DNA from: an uncultured Chloroflexia bacterium
GTDB lineage: Bacteria > Chloroflexota > Anaerolineae > CG2-30-64-16
Assembly: GCA_963810095.1 (NCBI GenBank)
Contig: CAWEMM010000014.1
Span: 64,001 to 128,000, forward strand
Direction of reading: 5' to 3'
Length of the DNA: 64,000 nt
The notes under the pieces were generated by a model. The model did not search any database and was not told the origin of the DNA. It worked only from the letters and a program-made list of their open reading frames with translations. Every line of letters starts with the position of its first letter. Position 1 is the first letter of the stretch. This document shows positions 62,917 through 64,000 of the stretch, in pieces. A program made the position numbers and the translations under genes.

Positions 62917-64000
62917 TCATGCTTGCTTGACTCCCAGCGGCGCACCGCCTTCGCGGCGGGAAAGCGCATCCACGATGGTCTCCATCCCGGCGACCCGCGA
63001 GCCCTTAATCAGCAGGACGTCGCCCGGCCGCATCAGCCCCTGGAGAATGCCGATCGCGTCCGTGTTCGTCTCGACCGGGTAGACCTCGGCCGTCTTCATG
63101 CCAGACGCCAGCGCCTCCTCCGCGATCCAGCGTGCTAGCCGGCCGACTGTGATCAGCTTGTCGACCACCTGCGCGGCGCGGCCTCCCACCAACCGGTGGC
63201 CCGCCTGCTCGTAGGCGCCCAGCTCGTACATGTCGCCCAATACCGCAATTGCCCGATGGCTGCTGTTGGCGATGTCGCGCAGCAGGTTGAGTGCGGCGAG
63301 CGTCGAGTCAGGGCTGGCGTTGTAGGTGTCGTCGATAATCGTCGTCTCGCGCAGCCCGGGCACCACCATCAGGCGCAGTTGCCCGCGGACGTCCTGCAGC
63401 CCGTGGACGATCTCGTCCCAGCTCAAGCCATCCACGAGGCCGGCGGCCGCGGCTCGCAGCGCAGTGTGCACGCTGTGCCGGCCGAGCAGGGGCAGGTGAA
63501 TATGGTACACCTGGCCCGCCTGGTGGCACCGGAAGTGAATGCCCTCGAGCCCGCCGCTCTCAATCTCGTCGGCCCACAGGTCGGCCTCCGGATGCAAGCC
63601 GTACGAGAAGACGCGTGCCCGGGTAATCCCTGCCATGGCCCAGACGAGCGGATCGTCGCGGTTGAGGATCGCGACGCCCCCGTCTTCGGCCGGCGGCAGC
63701 GCCAACGGCAGCTCGGATTTCGCCTGGGCGATGCGCTCGATCGCGCCGAGCCGTTCGAGGTGCACGGGGCCCACATTCGTCACGACGCCCACCCGCGGCC
63801 GCGCCCATTCGCACAACTGCCGGATCTCGCCCAGCGCATACATGCCCATCTCGAGCACGGCCCGCTCGTGTTCCCTCCGCAGGCGGAGCAGTGTCAGCGG
63901 CAGCCCGATCTCGTTATTCTGGTTGCCTTCGCTGCGCAGCGTCATGTAGCGCGTGGCAAGCACGTTCGCCAGTGTTTCCTTGGTCGTGCTCTTGCCCACG
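62917..64000 (-). CDS. murF: UDP-N-acetylmuramoyl-tripeptide--D-alanyl-D-alanine ligase, 3' part (5' end outside window)
   Basis: [41 protein letters not shown]. Confidence 0.95.
   Translation of the reverse strand, partial: VGKSTTKETLANVLATRYMTLRSEGNQNNEIGLPLTLLRLRREHERAVLEMGMYALGEIRQLCEWARPRVGVVTNVGPVHLERLGAIERIAQAKSELPLALPPAEDGGVAILNRDDPLVWAMAGITRARVFSYGLHPEADLWADEIESGGLEGIHFRCHQAGQVYHIHLPLLGRHSVHTALRAAAAGLVDGLSWDEIVHGLQDVRGQLRLMVVPGLRETTIIDDTYNASPDSTLAALNLLRDIANSSHRAIAVLGDMYELGAYEQAGHRLVGGRAAQVVDKLITVGRLARWIAEEALASGMKTAEVYPVETNTDAIGILQGLMRPGDVLLIKGSRVAGMETIVDALSRREGGAPLGVKQA

Overview
GC-rich bacterial chromosomal window, most likely Chloroflexota (Anaerolineae/Caldilineae-like). This placement rests on a Pro/Thr-rich lipoprotein linker, a C-terminal 'VYLPLIDR' motif on a secreted protein, and the gene content. 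It has three blocks. (1) 1-30.1 kb: a carbohydrate-catabolic island organised around two divergent, closely related LacI paralogs whose promoters and operators are mirror images. The left arm carries iolB, three AP-endonuclease-2/TIM-barrel epimerases (one IolO-like, one FrlC-like), an Opp/Dpp-family ABC importer, one URO-D-fold protein, a Gfo/Idh/MocA dehydrogenase and an AGE-family epimerase cut by the window edge. The right arm carries uxaE, uxaC, an SDR-type uxuB, nagA, nagB, kdgK, a LarA-family epimerase, a cupin and five more URO-D/MtaA-CmuA-fold proteins. Six such paralogs with different predicted metal ligands, embedded in a uronate/hexosamine pathway with no corrinoid protein in the window, are the best candidate for an undescribed system. 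(2) 30.2-40.2 kb: a UbiA/MenA-like prenyltransferase, two large secreted S8 peptidases and several unusual palindromic or repeat elements. (3) 40.2-64 kb, all minus strand: yggT-proC-yggS-pgeF-radical SAM-ydcF, nrdR-nrdJ, and the dcw cluster (murF, mraY, murD, ftsW, murG, murC, murB, ddl, ftsQ, ftsA, ftsZ) with three uncharacterised inserted genes. Many genes, including essential ones, are split by small indels, most likely uncorrected long-read errors. No rRNA, tRNA, CRISPR array or transposase was found.
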